Positions 40,126 to 56,600 of a stretch of DNA of 64,000 nt are shown here, piece by piece. The DNA is from the human T2T-CHM13v2.0 reference genome, Homo sapiens: the NCBI RefSeq assembly GCF_009914755.1, contig NC_060928.1. One strand, written 5' to 3'. The position numbers and the translations under genes were made by a program. The first letter of the stretch is position 1. Every line of letters begins with the position of its first letter. Under the pieces are notes generated by a model that was not told the DNA's origin, made no database searches, and saw only the letters and a program-made list of their open reading frames with translations.

Positions 40126-42671
40126 ACTAGTTACTAATTAAATACAGAAGCCAAAAGAAGTAAGCACAGACTCTGGACTTGGCACTATTACATGAACCCT
40201 TCAATAAGCTAAAAGATGAAAAAATTAAGACTCAAAAACAAAGTTGTAACTAGAGGAACCAACGTTTAAAGTTGCGTCTGGAAACCACAAATCTAGTGTT
40301 CTCCACAAACCAACACACTTTCTCATGTGTTCCCTCTTGCAGAAACATTGTAAAGCCTTATCACTGTTAAAATGTGCAAAGATAGAATTTATGGCATCAG
40401 AAATATTTAGGAAAGCTTGCTAAAAAGCCAGAGATTTTTATTTTTTAAAACTGGGATTAGTCATAGAAATATGCATTGTAAACAAGCTTCCCAGGTGATA
40501 ATGATACAGCCTGCCAGTGAGCCAGACTTTGAAGACACTCTTGACAGACAGGTGAGAAACCAGAGCTCTTACTGAAGCTGGTGGGGGCCCATAGAAAGTC
40601 TGGGTGTTCCAGCTGCCAGGGCAAATATTTGATGTGCCTCCCTCCTGCTGATCTAGAGACTCCATGAGGTTAGGGATATGCCTCTTCTGTTTACTCCCAG
40701 CATCTAGCACAGTGCCCAACTCGGTAAATACTTGTTGAATGAGGAAATGCTCTACTTAACACATTCTGTAAGCCACTGCCCCTGGCTAGGAAGAGTCTTA
40801 GGAAATCCCGCACCTAGCCTCAAATTCTCAACTTATCTCTCCTGTTAAAAGGGAGATAGGCACCAATGATTCATTCCACATGCCAAGTGCTCTTGGCCTC
40901 AGTTATTGACCCTCTGGACTGACAATTGTCATCCAAAAGTACATATCATGAAAACAAATGATCCTAATTATGGTTGTATCTATAAAATGACAGTCAATTC
41001 AGTAGAGAAGCAAATTTATCTAACTCTTTACTATGTGAAAGCAAATACCCACAGTTTCTTTGTAAGCTAATGCTCAAAAGGTACTTATTAGTTCCCCTTT
41101 CCATACCTCTCTTTTCACCTTATCCTGGTTCCATAAAGTAGAACAAGTTCCTAAGGGCCCCATAACTAATGAGTTCTCTTTGAGGAAAGCATGATTCATT
41201 GAGCCTAAGCTTTTAGCCCTGACAATTACCTGCATCCAGTTTAAACCACCCCTGTCTTTAATCACAACTGTCAGCATTTTCCTTCCTCTATGCTTTAGTC
41301 ATAAACTGTTGAGAAGATCAGTGGGTCTTCTCTCCAAGGCAGGCCAGCAATGATGCCTTTAAGCTAGATAAGAACGTACCATGGCAGATCTGGCTGTGAT
41401 GCAATGTTCAGAGATGTTTAGCAGGGAAGAAAAAAAAAGTCAGCATGTCTGAGAGCTTTGTCACCTCCAACCAGTTCCAGTTCCTTAAAGGAGTAGATAT
41501 CTCTGAATATTCTCAAAAGGTGTAATGAAGAGAGGCCCAGAGAAGTATATCTGAGTGAAAAGTAGGATACAGTCATGAGGGGATGCAGTTCAGGGAGGTT
41601 CTCACTTATCTTCGATATTTTTATTTTTAGAAATAACATTAAAATTATTTTAAGTATAAAGATGTCAAAACTCCTTATAGGCTTAATCAAGAAACTCACG
41701 GAAATGTTACTGAAAGATAGAATGAAGTCATCTTCTCCATAGCTAGAGGAGGTGATACTGGGACGCTTATTTTCTCATTCCTAAAGTGTGGTGAGATCAG
41801 TGGCATGAGCTGCAGGTGGCAGCTGAACAGAGGTGGGCGGAATATCTTCTCTGGAGGAGGGTATGGAATTCATTCTCTCTCTTCCACAGGCCAGCAGCCA
41901 AGCACAACCCTCTTCTGATCTTCAGAACAATTGGCTTCTCTTCAATTCTTCCCTGGAAGAGGCAGACTGAAGGGGGATCCACATAGAACTGTTGTTTGGG
42001 CCTCCTGCACTGTGGGTGTGTGTGGGAGACACTTACAAGCATAATGCACACAGAGTATAGGAATTTATTGGCTGGTTTCATCAACTGACTGTAGTTTCTA
42101 CAGCTCAGATGAACCAAACCCATTTTTTTGCCTGAAAAGTTATATATAGCCTCCTGAAAATGTTTTAAGACATGTAATTCTGATTAATTTGCACCTGACT
42201 CATAAAACCATTTTTCCTATGAGCTTAGTATTATATGATAATTACTTTCTGATCTTTTTAAAGCTCTTGGCCATGGAAACAGGAAGTGGGAAAACAAACT
42301 GGAAAATAAAAAAGTTCAAATTTAGGGCAAAATCCAAGAGTCACGAAAATTCTGGCACTATGTATTTTCTGATCTTGACATCACAAATAACCAGTTTTGC
42401 CACAGTTGTTTTGAGAAGAAATAAAGACTAGAGTTAAAACAAAGTGTCTGTGGGAGAAAAAAAAATCATATCCCAATTGTTTCCTTATCTTTTTTACACA
42501 TAAACTAGTGTTTGATGGGAAAAAACAAGATGGAAAAATGACTCTTGGTCTTCTTATGACAGGTTGATTCATACTCCTCATGTCTCAAAAGCTTCAAGCT
42601 TCTCAAGCCTCTCTCCCATGATCCAATCTTTCTCACCTATTATTTGCTTCTCCCCTCTCCCCACAAGTGCA

Positions 42672-42750
42672 GGTATGTGAGTGTGTGTATATGGGTGTAT
42701 ACATGCATGTGTGTGCATGTATGTGTGTTTGTGTGTGTGTGCATATGTGT
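42672..42750 (+). repeat. Degenerate (TG)n / alternating purine-pyrimidine tract
   Basis: Direct reading. Confidence 0.85.
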
Positions 42751-43965
42751 CCTTCACTCTTACATCTTATTTCAATGTTCCAGAAGCCAAGACATGAGGC
42801 AACCCTTCTTGGACCAATAACTTTCTCTTTTCCCTGGCCATACCCCATGCCCCTGACCTCTGCCTGCCGTCTGACAAATAAGTAATTGTGATTTATGTGA
42901 TCACAATCAACTCTCATGTCTCTAGTGCTGCCTATGCCCCCCATACCGCATTTGGTACTTCACATGTCTCCCATTTAATCATTAACATAGCCTATGGCAT
43001 ACCCAATAACATCTCCATTATACAGCTAAAAAACCTGAGGATCACAGTATGGAAGTCCCACATCTAGAAAGTTTTGGTTTTAAGTTTCGAACTCATGTCT
43101 CAGTGATTCCAAACCCCAAGATGTTTCCTCTACATGACACCTTTAGGAAGAGAAAAGGCCAGAGAGTGTAATAAAGGTTAAGGCACGTTTTATCTAATTG
43201 TTTTCATCAAGTTATCTTTAAAGGCAAAGAAGAGTGAACGTATGTGGGAAGGCAGGTGAATCAGCATGTTGGAACTGAAAAAGACGTAGTATGCTTTTGA
43301 GGATGTTAGTCTGAAGCACTCAGTTACAAGCAGGTGATTTCTTTGAAGACTTCTATTTATCTTAACAATTTTATTCTAATTTTGCATTGTACTCTATAAA
43401 TATTGATGTGTGCTATAATGTTAAAGAAAAAGGTTAAAAATACTTGCCATTGACTAAATTAATGCTCTAGGAAGATGTGCCATGTTTCTCCTGCTAGCCT
43501 ATGGGTCCTAGGTACCTTGCCATTACCCTTGGGATTGCTGTACCTCAGGGTGAAAAACAGAAAAAATACATCCATTTCCACTATGGAAAATATAACTAAA
43601 AAGTACCTTTCTTACAAAGGGTGTGCCAACAGGGTATTATTTTCACTTCAAAAGGAGTACATTACTATTAAGGATCATAAGGTAGATTTTGAATACTTAG
43701 AAGGTGACTACAGAGACAATGGTAAATAAGAGCAGTAGAGCAAAAATGTTGATGACAGGGAATTATTTCTGCAGCTTAGACCAGTTTTCAAAACCTAGCA
43801 CAGAGACTCAATTAAATGTTCAATTCCCAGCAGAATACAAATAATTAAAATATACAGAGGCAATAAGGTAGTAGGAGAAGAGCTTTAGATTGGGACTCAA
43901 GACCTGAGTTCTAGACCCAGATATGCTACCAGCTAGTTTGGATATGAATTTTGGTAGTTGCTTAG

Positions 43966-44421
<456 letters not shown>

Positions 44422-45317
44422 TACGTGAGATGTTTTCATACAGGCATGCAATGTGAAATAAGCACACCCTGGAGAATGCATTTTTCCTTTGAGTTACAAA
44501 TAATCCAATTACACTCCTTAAGTTACTATTAAATATATGATTAAGTTATTATTGACTATAGTTACCCATTGTGCTATTAAATAGTAGTTCTTATTCATTC
44601 TTTCTATTTATTTTGTACTCATTAACCATCACTACCTCCCTCCCTGAAACCCCCACTCTCCTTCCCAGCCTCTGGTAACCATCCTTCTACTCTATTATGT
44701 CCATGAATTCAATCGACTTGATTTTCAGACCCCACAAATAAGTAAGAACATGTGATATTTGTCTTTCCATGCCTGGTTTATTTCACTTAATGATCTCCAG
44801 TTCCATCCCTGTTGTTGAAAATGACTGGATCTCATTCTTTGTTATGGCTGAATGTACTTCATTGTGTATATGTACCACGTTTTTCTTTATCCATTCATCT
44901 GTTGGACACTTAGGTCGCTTCCAAATCTTGGCTACTGTAAACAGTGCTGCAACAAACATAGGAGTACAGTTATCTCTTCAAAATACTGATTTCCTTTCTT
45001 TGAGGTATACACCCAGCAGTAAGATTGTTTTATTTTTGGTAAAATAAAGCATTTCAGTAAAATAAAGTATTTTGGTAGCTTTATTTTTAGTTTTTGAGGA
45101 ACCTCCATACCATTCTCTATAGTGGTTGTATTAATTTACATTCCCACCAACAGGGGTCTAGTTTCATCTAGTACAAAGATTCCCTTTTTTTTTTTTTTCC
45201 ATATCCTTACCAGCATTCGTTATTGCCTATCTTTTGGATATGAGCCATTTTAACTCAGGTGAGATGATATTTCATTGTAGTTTCGATGTGCATTTCTCTG
45301 ATGATCAATGATGTTAA

Positions 45318-45719
<402 letters not shown>

Positions 45720-46879
45720 TGATTAGATTATTAGACTTTTTTCCTAAAGAGTTGTATGAGTTCCTTATATACTCTGGTTATTAATCCCTTATCATAGGGA
45801 CAGTTTGCAAATGTTTTCTTCCATTCTGTGGGTTGTCTCTTAACTCTGTTGATTGTTTCCTTTGCTGTGCAGAAGCTTTTTAACTTGACGTGATTCCTTT
45901 TGTCCATGTTTGCTTCGGTTACTTGTGCTTGTGGGGTATTGCTCAAGAAATCTTTGCCCAGACCAGTGTCCTAGAGATTTTCCCCAATGTTTTTTTAGTA
46001 GTAGTTTCATGGTTTGAGCTCTTAAATTTAAGTTTTTAGTCCATTTTGATTTGATTTTTGTATTAGTATATGATGAGAGATAGGGGTCTAGTTTCATTCT
46101 TCTGTATATGGATATCCAGTTTTCCCAGCACCATTTATTGAAGAGATTGTCTTTTGCCAGTGTATGTTCTTGGCACCTTTGTCAAAAATGACTTCACTGT
46201 AGGTGTGTGGATTTGTTTCTGGGTTCTATATTCTGTTCCACTGGTCTCTGTGTCTGTCTCTGCCAGTACACTGCTGTTTTGGTTACTACAGCTCTATAGT
46301 ATAGTCTGAAAGCAGGTAATGTGACTCCTCCAGTTTTGTTCTTTTTGAGTAGGATAGCTTTGGTCATTCTGGGTGTTTGGTGGTTCCATATAAATTTTAG
46401 AATTGTTTTCTCTATTTCAGTGAAGAGTGTTATTGGTATTTTTATAGCAATTGCATTGAATCTGTAGATTAGAAATATCTTTCCATTTTTTGGTGTCCTC
46501 TTCAATTTCCTTCATTAGTGTTTTATAGTTTTCATTACAGAGATCTTTCACTTTTTTGATTAATTCCTAGGTATTTAATTTTCTGTGTGGCTATTGTAAA
46601 TGGGATTACTTTTTAAATTTCTTTTTTACGTTGTTCACTGCTGGCATATAAAAATGCTACTGATTTTTGTACGTTTATTTTGTAGCCTGCAACTTTACTG
46701 AATTTGGTTTTCAGTTCTAGTAGTTTTCTTGTGGAGTCTTCAGATTTTTTCAAATATAAGATCATATCATCAAACAAGTATAATTTTGTTTTGTCCTTTC
46801 CAAGATGTCCCTTTATATCTTTCTCTTGTCTGATTCCTTTAGCTAGGTCATTCAGTACTATGTTGGATAACTGTGGTGA

Positions 46880-47297
<418 letters not shown>

Positions 47298-47581
47298 TAT
47301 ACCCAGTTTTTTTGAGGGTATTTTTTTTTTATTATGAGGGGGTGTTGAAGGTTATTTTTCAATATCATTTGAAATGATCATAGGGTTTTTATCCTTCATT
47401 CTGTTGATATAATGTATCATGTTGATTGATTTGCATATGTTGAACCATTCTTGCATTCCAGGGATAAATCCTACTTGGTCATGATGAATGATCTTTCTAA
47501 TACATTGTTGAATTTGGTTTGCTCTATTTTGTTGAGGATTTTTGCATCAATATTTGTCAGAGATACTGGCTGTAGTTTTCT

Positions 47582-47891
47582 TTTCTTTTTTTTTTTCTTT
47601 TTTTGAAACAGAATCTCTTTCTGTCACCCAGGCTAGATAGAGTGCAGGGGCATGATCTCAGCTCACTGCAACCTCTGCCTTCCAGGTTCAAGCGATTCTC
47701 ATGCCTTAGCTTCCTGAGTAGCTGGGATTACAGACATGTGCCACCACACCTGTCTAATTTTTGTGTTTTTAGAAGAGATGGGGTTTCAATATGTTGGCTA
47801 GGCTGGTCTTGAACTCCTGACCTCAAGTGGTCTGCCTGCCTCAGCCTCCCAAAGTGCTAGAATTTACAGGTGTGATCCACCACTCCTGGCC
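47582..47891 (-). mobile_element. AluS nested in L1
   Basis: Reverse dimer; TSD tagttttcttt. Confidence 0.92.
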
Positions 47892-50479
47892 TAGTTTTCT
47901 TTTTTGATGAGTCTTTGGTCTGGTCTTAATATCAGGGTAATACTGGCCTCATAGAATGAGTTTGGAAGGATTCCCTCCTCTATTTTTCAGAATAGTTTGA
48001 GTTGGATTGGTATTTGTTCTTCTTCAAATGTTTTGCAGGATTTAGCAGTGAAGCCATTAGGTCCTGGGCTTTTCTTTACTGGAAGGCTTTTTATTATGGC
48101 TTCAATCTCATTACTTATGATTGGTCTGTTCAGGTTTTGGATTGCTTCCTGGTTCAATTTTGGAAGGTTTTATGTGTCTAGGAATTTGTCCATTTCCTCC
48201 AGATTTTCCAATTTATTGGTATATAGTTGCTCATACTAGCCACTAATGATCCTGTGAATTTCTGCAGTTCTCAGTTGTAATGTCTCCTTTTTCATTTCTG
48301 GTTTTAATTGGATCTTCTCTCTTTTTTTTCCTAGTCTAGATAAAGGTTTGTCAATTTTGTTTAACTTTTCAAAAAACCAATTTTTTGTTTCATTGATCTG
48401 CTGTATTTTTTTCATTTCAATTTAATTTATTTCTGTTCTGATCTTTATTGTTTTTCTTCTACTATTTTGGGTTCGGTTTACTCTTGTTTTTCTAATTCTT
48501 TAAGATGCATCACTAGATTGTTTACTGGAAGTTTTTCCACTTTTTTTTTATAGGCACTGGTAGCTATAAGCTTCCCTCTTAGTATTGCTTTTGCTGTATC
48601 CCATGGGTTTTTGTATGTTGTGTTTCCATTATCATTTGTTTCAAGAAATTTTTCAGTTTCCTTCTTAATTTCTTCATTGACCCACTGGTCATTCAGAAGC
48701 ATATTGTTTAATTTACATGTATGTGTATAGTTTCCTCTTGATATTAACTTCTAGCTTTATTCCCTTGTGGTCAGAGAAGATGCTTATTCTTAATTCTAAA
48801 TTATTTCAGTTCTTGGAATGTTTTATCTTGTTTTGTGACCTAATGTGAGGTCTATGCTTGAGAATGAGCCATGTGTCAAGAAAAAGAATGTGTATTCTGC
48901 AGCTCATGGATGAAATGTTCTGTAAATAGCTATTAGATCCATATGGTGCAAATTAAGTCTGATGCTTCTTTGTTGATTTTCTGTCTGGAAGGTCTGTCCA
49001 AAGCTGAAACTAGGATGTTGAGCTACAGTAGTCTCCAGCTATTATTTTATTAGGGCCTATCTCTCTTTTTAGCTCTAGTAATATTTCTTTTATATATCTG
49101 GGTACTCCAGTACTGGGTGCATATGTATTTAAATTGTTATATCCTCTTGCTGAATCGACCCCTTTATCATTATATAGTGACCTTCTTCATCTCTTCTTAT
49201 AGTTTTTATCTTGAAATCTATTTTTTTCTGATATAAGTATAATGACTCCTGCTCTTTTTTGGCTTCCATTGGCAGGGAATATCTCTTTCCATCCCTTCAT
49301 TTTCATTCTATGTGTGTCTTTATAGGTAAAGTGTGTTTCTTGTAGGCAAAAGATCAATGGGTTTTGTTTTTTCATCCATTTAGCCAGTCTACGTCTTTTG
49401 ATTGGAGAGTTCAGTCCATTTACATAACCCTTGTTTTGGTTTCTATAAAATAAGGAGTTGAGTTGTGGGCTAGATGATTTCTGATGTGCTATCCAGTGTG
49501 AACATTCTATGAATCTATGATATTTGTCTAATGTATTGCAGTGAATAGAATATAGGCAATGGGATCAGAGAGACCAGATTTGAATCCCAGTTGAAGCATT
49601 TAATAGCTTTAGAAGCCTTATGAAGTCATTGTGAAGGATAACTGAGAAAACATTTATAAAATCTTCCATGATACCATGACAGATAGTTGGCACTCAATAA
49701 AGGTAGCTATTATTTTGATGATATTTATTATATATAAAAAAGAGATGTAGGAGAACCATCCAACTTAGTCTGTTGAGTTTTCAGTTGCACTATAAATTTA
49801 CATGTTATATCTTGGTTTGTATTAGATCCTGTTGTCATAAGCTTTTAGCACCATGTACTTTTCCTTCAAAGCTTTTACTACAAGTTGTCACTATATACTT
49901 ATTCTAAGATTATCCATTTAATAGATAGTCTATTAGGCTTCTAAGGTTCTAAGATTACCTGTTTAATATCTTCCTTCTCATGCTTCTATAAGCCCCATAA
50001 AGGCAAGGAACACATATGTTTTGTTTACATCCATATTACCAAATTCTAGCATAGCACCTGAGACAAAGTAAGTGCCCAATAACTATCTGTCAGTGAATGA
50101 ATGCATGCATGGGCCTAAGAAATTCTGGTCCTTAGATCACCTACTCATCAGACATCATGAGAAGAAATGCACACATTACTTGGGGCCCAGGAAACTTATT
50201 TGTTCCATCCCATCTCTATTATTGAGTCTGACTGTTCTACAATAGGCCATTTCCTGTACAATATAAATGTTCAATTGTAGGCCATTCTGTTATTGATTCA
50301 TAAGTCTACTAGTGTTTAGAGATAATCCCAAACTTCCATACCACATCCCAGGTTCTGCCACACATACCCACCTACATGGCTACCCAATAATAAACTTTTC
50401 TCAACTCATAGCAGCAATGGGGGAAAGCTCTGTTTCTTGCATTTTACTTTTTTAATGTTCTAAATTTATGGTCCTTCTT

Positions 50480-50650
50480 CTACAAAGTTTATCAGTGTCA
50501 TCCAGGAACCTGTTAAATATGTAGATTCCTGGATCCTACCTCTAGATATCTGATTCAGAATATCTAGTGTGAGGCCCAAGGATCTGTATTTTAAGCAAGT
50601 TCTCCAGGTAAGATGCAAAAAGACTGGCCCATGCTCTAAGAAACAATGTT
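50480..50650. mobile_element. MER5-like MITE
   Basis: atgtagattcctggatcctacc...ctgattcagaat...ggcccaaggatctgtattttaagcaagttctccaggt. Confidence 0.65.
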
Positions 50651-53209
50651 TTAAAGGCGGCATTGAAAATAATTACCACAGATTTTCTGAATGACTTTGA
50701 TGCAAATAAAATATTTTGAACCAACACTCCTGAGATTTAAGTGGACACAACGTGTGTAAACTGTTTTGAACTTCTCAGTGGAGTCCTAAAGGATTGACAG
50801 AGATAAAATTCTACATTAAGAAAAACAGAAGAGAGAGTTAAGATTTTTGATCTTTTAAAGAGGTTGAATATAAATTTATTTTGGAACCTCAAGGTATTAA
50901 ATTATTGACTATTATAAAAGTTGCTATTCAATTCAACAAAGAGAGAAGAGACCATTAACAAATACCCAGGCCTCCAAAATGGCCATTTCCAATGACTAAG
51001 GAGATAACACATAACACAATACTGAAGGCTTGCTCATGTTGTTCTGAAAGGCTTTGAACGAGTAATGAGGACACCTGAGACTCTCATACTTGGTAGAGGT
51101 AATAAGATAAAGCAGAAAAAGTACAGATCAAGACTGATCATCTCATCCATGCCAATGGGACATTCCATATGGAATGTGGAGTCACAAAAGAAGCAAAAGT
51201 TCTCACTCTTGACAGATTGTCTTCAGTTGTGCCTACATTGCTTCAAGAGGGCAATGACAAACACCCACGTTTAGTTTAATAGACTGCAGGGAGTAAATCT
51301 CTGAAAACTCAAAGCACAAGGCATATTGCTCATTTAAAATCATACATGTGACATATCTTCCAACTTAAATAGCTCCACTCCACAGGTGCTAAAGCCATTT
51401 TACTTCCATACACCTCCCACACACCTGAGAATAAATTATCACGCTACATAATGGAATTCTGTCTCTAATTTAGAACCTGAATTTCACGTCTTTGGAAATG
51501 TATAATAGGGCTATGTCAACATTTTGCTTTCTGCACAGATAGTAATTTAGGTTATCACCAGACACCTGTCTAACCTGTAATTTTTTCTTTCTCCATTTTG
51601 TCTCCATGAATATGGAGATAGCAGTGGTTGCCAGAGTGCTAAAGTGCAGTAGAAAGGAGCATGCATTTAATTATTTAGGTGGAAGTGAAGGAAGGTGCTC
51701 AAAGGTGGTGAGTGCTAGCATTGGGATCAACTGTCCCTCTTCATTTCATCCAGATAATTAAAGACTATCTATTATACTTGGTATGGTAAGCAAGGATCCC
51801 CAAAAGGCAATTAGAGAAAGGAGAAAAAAAAGGACATTAATGTAGCTGATGAAAGAGTAACAGGGACTGGCATAAAGAAGGCCAAACAGAAGGTATGTTC
51901 ATCAAAAGACGGTCCTTAATTGACTGTCCCTCTCATTTTTTCAGAAAGAGCAGTAAAGGCAGCATTATCGTCTAGTAATGTAAATGTTACCATGTATATT
52001 AAGCAACAGAAAGACTCTCAGGTTCCTTGAGTTCTGTTTCAAAGAGATATAGCAGAAGCACCCAAGTTGTTCTGCCAAGTTATCAGGTGCACTATAAATT
52101 TAAATGGTACATCTTGGCTTGTATTAGACCCTGTTGTCAATGTGGGCATTGATTCTTTATTTTACTAACTTAGAAAAAGCACTTATTGAGCACTTATTAC
52201 ATAATCAGGATTTTCCTAGGCACATAGAATACAATAGAATAAGACACTTCCGTCTACAATGAGTTTAAGTCTACTGAGACAAACTAGTGAGCAATTTCAA
52301 CTCAGTATGTCTTCCATGTAGGACTTGGGGGTTAAGGAAGGTTTCCTGGAACTGATATTCAAGCTGTAATTCCAAGGACAGCAGAAGTTGAGACGACACA
52401 GTGAGGGGGATTGTGCAAGAAATGGACAAGGACATTTCCAGGTAAATGCTTGGTTATAACAGAGAAAGTAGAATCAACAAAGATGTGGGGAGTAAGGAAG
52501 TATGCTGATTGGAGACAATTTCTGCAGAAAGAGAAGAAAGATCTGTAGAATAGAAAAAGGTTTTTACTTTTTTATCCCACTGTTGCTAGACATAGTAAAA
52601 TTCATCTTCCCTCCTAGCACCTTGAGCTATTCTCACCAATTAACCGGGCTTTGAAGACTGACTTATGGTGGTCTCAGATCCATTCACTTGTAGCCAGGGT
52701 AAATACAAATTATATTTTCTTAATCTACCTACATACATCAAACCCTAAGCCTCTGTTTCCATTTGGTCTTTCTTCTTTACTTCTTTCATTTCACACACAA
52801 TGAACAATGATACCTACAGTATTGCCTTCCCAGACAGACTTAATACTATCTCTCTGTTTTTGTATTGTCTAGATTAACTTTGCAAAAATGTATCTCTCCA
52901 AATTCTTCTGGTTTCATATTCGGTTGTGTTTATTTTCTTTTCAAAATTTTAGAGTCTATTTGATGTTTTCAGGAGTGGCCTATCTGGCAAGCCTGGTCTC
53001 CTCACTCTTTGCTGTTGATACGATCTATTCATTAAGTGCTCAAATGCCAGGGCTTTCACCGAGCACCAAATAAAGCTCATTAAATGGATACATCCCTGCT
53101 CTTTAATTTATTTTGTACAGGGTAAGAGTTTACAATGACTTACATTTCCCTGTCCAGTTTTTCAAGAATTCCCAGGGAATTAATGAACTTTAGTTCTGAA
53201 AATCTTGTG

Positions 53210-53603
53210 CAATGGTGTGCTGGAACCAGTCCATACCAGCTCATAAGAGCCAACTGTTAAATTTTCAGGAACTTTGTGACCCAGTTGCTAAACATAACTG
53301 TTACTAAAAATTAAACTGTATGAATGAACAAATGAATTATGTGTAAAACAGGTAACATATACTCAAAACTCATCACTTCCTAATTACTTTGCTACATTTT
53401 ACTATTATCTATTTCTTAAGTTTACTTCCATATATTGCTTTTGTGTGATGGTAAGGCTATAAAAGGTGTGATGCTGGGCTTCTCTTCTCAACCTTGTGTT
53501 TCATGATGTCATGTTGGTAGCTTGAAAACAGCCACGGTGGGAGTATTCACCCCACAAAAACTGGAAAACCCTACAAATCAGGGCTCCTTTTTTTCTTTAG
53601 AGA
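53210..53603 (+). mobile_element. MER63B-like hAT-Blackjack element
   Basis: caatggtgtgctggaacc...ctgttaaattttcagga...actcaaaactcatcacttcctaatta...ttggtagcttgaaa...ggtgggagtatt...ctacaaatcagggc. Confidence 0.8.
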
Positions 53604-56600
53604 TCTGCCCCCTCACCCCATTGCTCGTTTGGAATAAAGAATGGGAAAATTGGTTGAGAAGGAGAAAGAACAGACATTGACAGAAAAACAGTAAACCTAG
53701 TTATATGAAGAAAGTCCACTAAATTCATAGTTTAGGAGAGGATCCGTTAAAATAAAATCGTATTCTCTCTGAAGATGTGCAGATCTGGCCTCTGGAAGTT
53801 AATAGATTTTAAGGAAAGTGAAACCATGACACATGACTCCTGTTTTTGTTAGTTTGTTTTTGCCTTTTACAAAACAAGTGAATGTCAGAGAAGAGAGTAC
53901 AGAAGGCTGAAGGGTATAAAGTCTGCTTTGGTCACTTGCCAACACACACTTATGCCCTGACAGCAGCTTTTGTTGCTTAAGATATTCCAGATATTTGAGA
54001 AATCCCAAAGTGGACGAACTTGTTTTGTGGATTTAGGTAAAAATCACATTAGTATTTCACATCCAAAATCAGAGTCTCTGCAGATTTTGGGCACTATAAC
54101 CGGTATCTCTGTGCTTAAGAGAATACCTAGGGCTCTTTAACATAAAAGCACAGGGTAGGTAACAACCTAGCTAACTTCAACAATGCTAATAACATGAGTG
54201 AGTTTCACCAGATGGTCTTGAAGGATCTCCTGGAGTGTCTATGATTCCTGGGATATTCTTGAGGTACAGTCAAAGGGCAGAACTAAATATCCCATTGTTT
54301 GGGAAGGAAAGTAGACATATTACGCTTTAGCAACTTGTCTAAATTTAGGAATAGATCCAGTTAAAACAAAAATAGGCCCAGAACCCCCAAATTCGAACTC
54401 CTACTCAAATATAAAGTACACTGTCAGATGGTAACGAACAGTGATTCCAAAGCCCCAGCTTTAATTCAAGCAAATTAGCCCCATGGATAAGTAAACAATG
54501 GTTAAAATCTTCAAATTTCTGAGGTTCTTAGGACCTTAGAGTTCTCTATTAAATGAGCAAACAAAAGACAGATTTGTGTATCTGAAACTCTCAGGACACT
54601 TATCATAAATCCCAAAGGATAGAAGTCAACATTATAATTATATGGCAAACTTTCTCCTTAAGATTGTATAGCCTTGAATAATTGTATGACTTCTGCCTGA
54701 TTTAAAGACCTCTCAGAGCTGATCCCATGAAATGAAAATTATAAAGTTTCCAGTTTACAACTAGCTCTAAGCACTTCATACCAATGTATTATGAGTTGAT
54801 TGACTAGTAAACAAAGTAAACCTTCCAAGTCCTGTCTCATGAGAGTGAGGAAGAAATGTGTGGGTACTTTCATTCATTCCCCAGACAGGGTGTATCATCT
54901 GGCCATTTGTTCCAACTGGTTATGGATAATCAAAAGCAGATTATGAGAGGCTGGGCCAAAGCATTCAAAAATTCAAGTTTCTAAAAACCTATCTTGGTCA
55001 AGAGAACTTCTATTTCTGCTTCTGAAAATTACAGAATACTCTTGCAGCTTCTTCAAGGAGATGTACTACAATTCTCTAAAATAGAGTTGAAATGCACCAT
55101 AGAGTATATTTCTAGCTAAGGTTAATAAAAGGCATTCCTGTCATTGCCTGTCCAGGAAAGACATAGCTAATCAATTAGGATAAGCCTGGATCTGAATCAA
55201 TCCATGAGGCTCTTCATTCCCGCTGTGCCCGGATTCAGTCTTATAATCTTTCTCCACACTCTCCAGCATACCACCATCAATGAACCTGAATTGGCACTTG
55301 AGACAAGTCCAGATCTTATCCAATTTTATTTCATTGAAAATGAGGGCAAGAGAGGTTAAATAGCTTGCTTCATGTCACAGTGGCAAACCAAGATTTGAAA
55401 ATAAGATTTCCAGTGCTCTTTCTGTTGTGATGTACTGCCTTACTGAGGGCACAGAAGCTTTGAACTGTGGGCTGACGCAAGCTGAATTCCCAGCCATAGG
55501 TCTAAGGATCTGGTTGATGGATAATAGCAGGGCAGACTCTTTCTGAAAGGTAATGTCAGACATCTGGTAGATGGAACTGGTAATGAGTTGCTGCTTAGCA
55601 AACAGCTTTAGTCAAACAACATCCTTTTCTTTCCATACATGAATTATCAGTGTTTATGGTATAAAAGTCAAGTGAAGAAATTAAATGGGCCAAAGACAGA
55701 GCTCTAGGATTAAGAAACTCTGCAATTATTTATTAGTGTATGTACTTAAGTAGAGCTATGAATTTAATTACAAATAAACAAATCATTTTAATCTTAAAGG
55801 CTTATCCTTGCCTTTCAAGTTGTGAAGACACAAGGTAGATATGTAGAGAATTGGAAGAAATATCATAGGATATAGAAATGCAGAGTAGTAAAGAGGGAAA
55901 TTTGGCCTTGCTTTTGTTGGAAGTATTATCTGTGTTCTTTTTTTTGAGTAGGTTTCATCAGCAAAGTCCAAGCCTCTGTTATTCCATTATTCTTAATCTA
56001 AAGGTCAGATTCAGCTATGTTAGCAAACACTTTCAATATTTCTAACAATTCTAAAACAACCAATAGAAACAACTGGTGTGACATTACTATTTCTACTTCT
56101 CCTGTAACATGCTTTTTTTTTTTTTTTTTGCCCATTTTAGGTTTCAAAACATTCACATGTGATAAGGGGGGACTAGTTCCATGAATCCAAAAAACCCAAG
56201 AGCAATAATTTTTAGATATCATTGTAAAAGGTCTGCAACTACCAGATGCATGCAACTATGTGGTTGGGACAGAGAAAAGGAGTCAGTATTGCAGGCACAG
56301 CAATACTCTGAGCAGAGTTTCAATGTAACAGCTGCCCACACAATGTGAATAATACCCTGTTCTGGCCTCAGAGACAATGACCTGGTTTCTACCTCCTCCC
56401 TTGGTAATAAGCCTATTTTGGATGTGCCATTTTGCACTTGCTTATGTGGGTAAATATGACTCAGGAATTTCATATTTCTAAAACCTAGTTGAAACTCAGA
56501 CACTCTAGAGGAAGAAGAATTCAAAAGCATTGAGGTCTCTGCATGTTCTTCCATTTTAAAGCTTCAGCAGATGGTGTGACTCTTCTTCACCTAACAGGTG

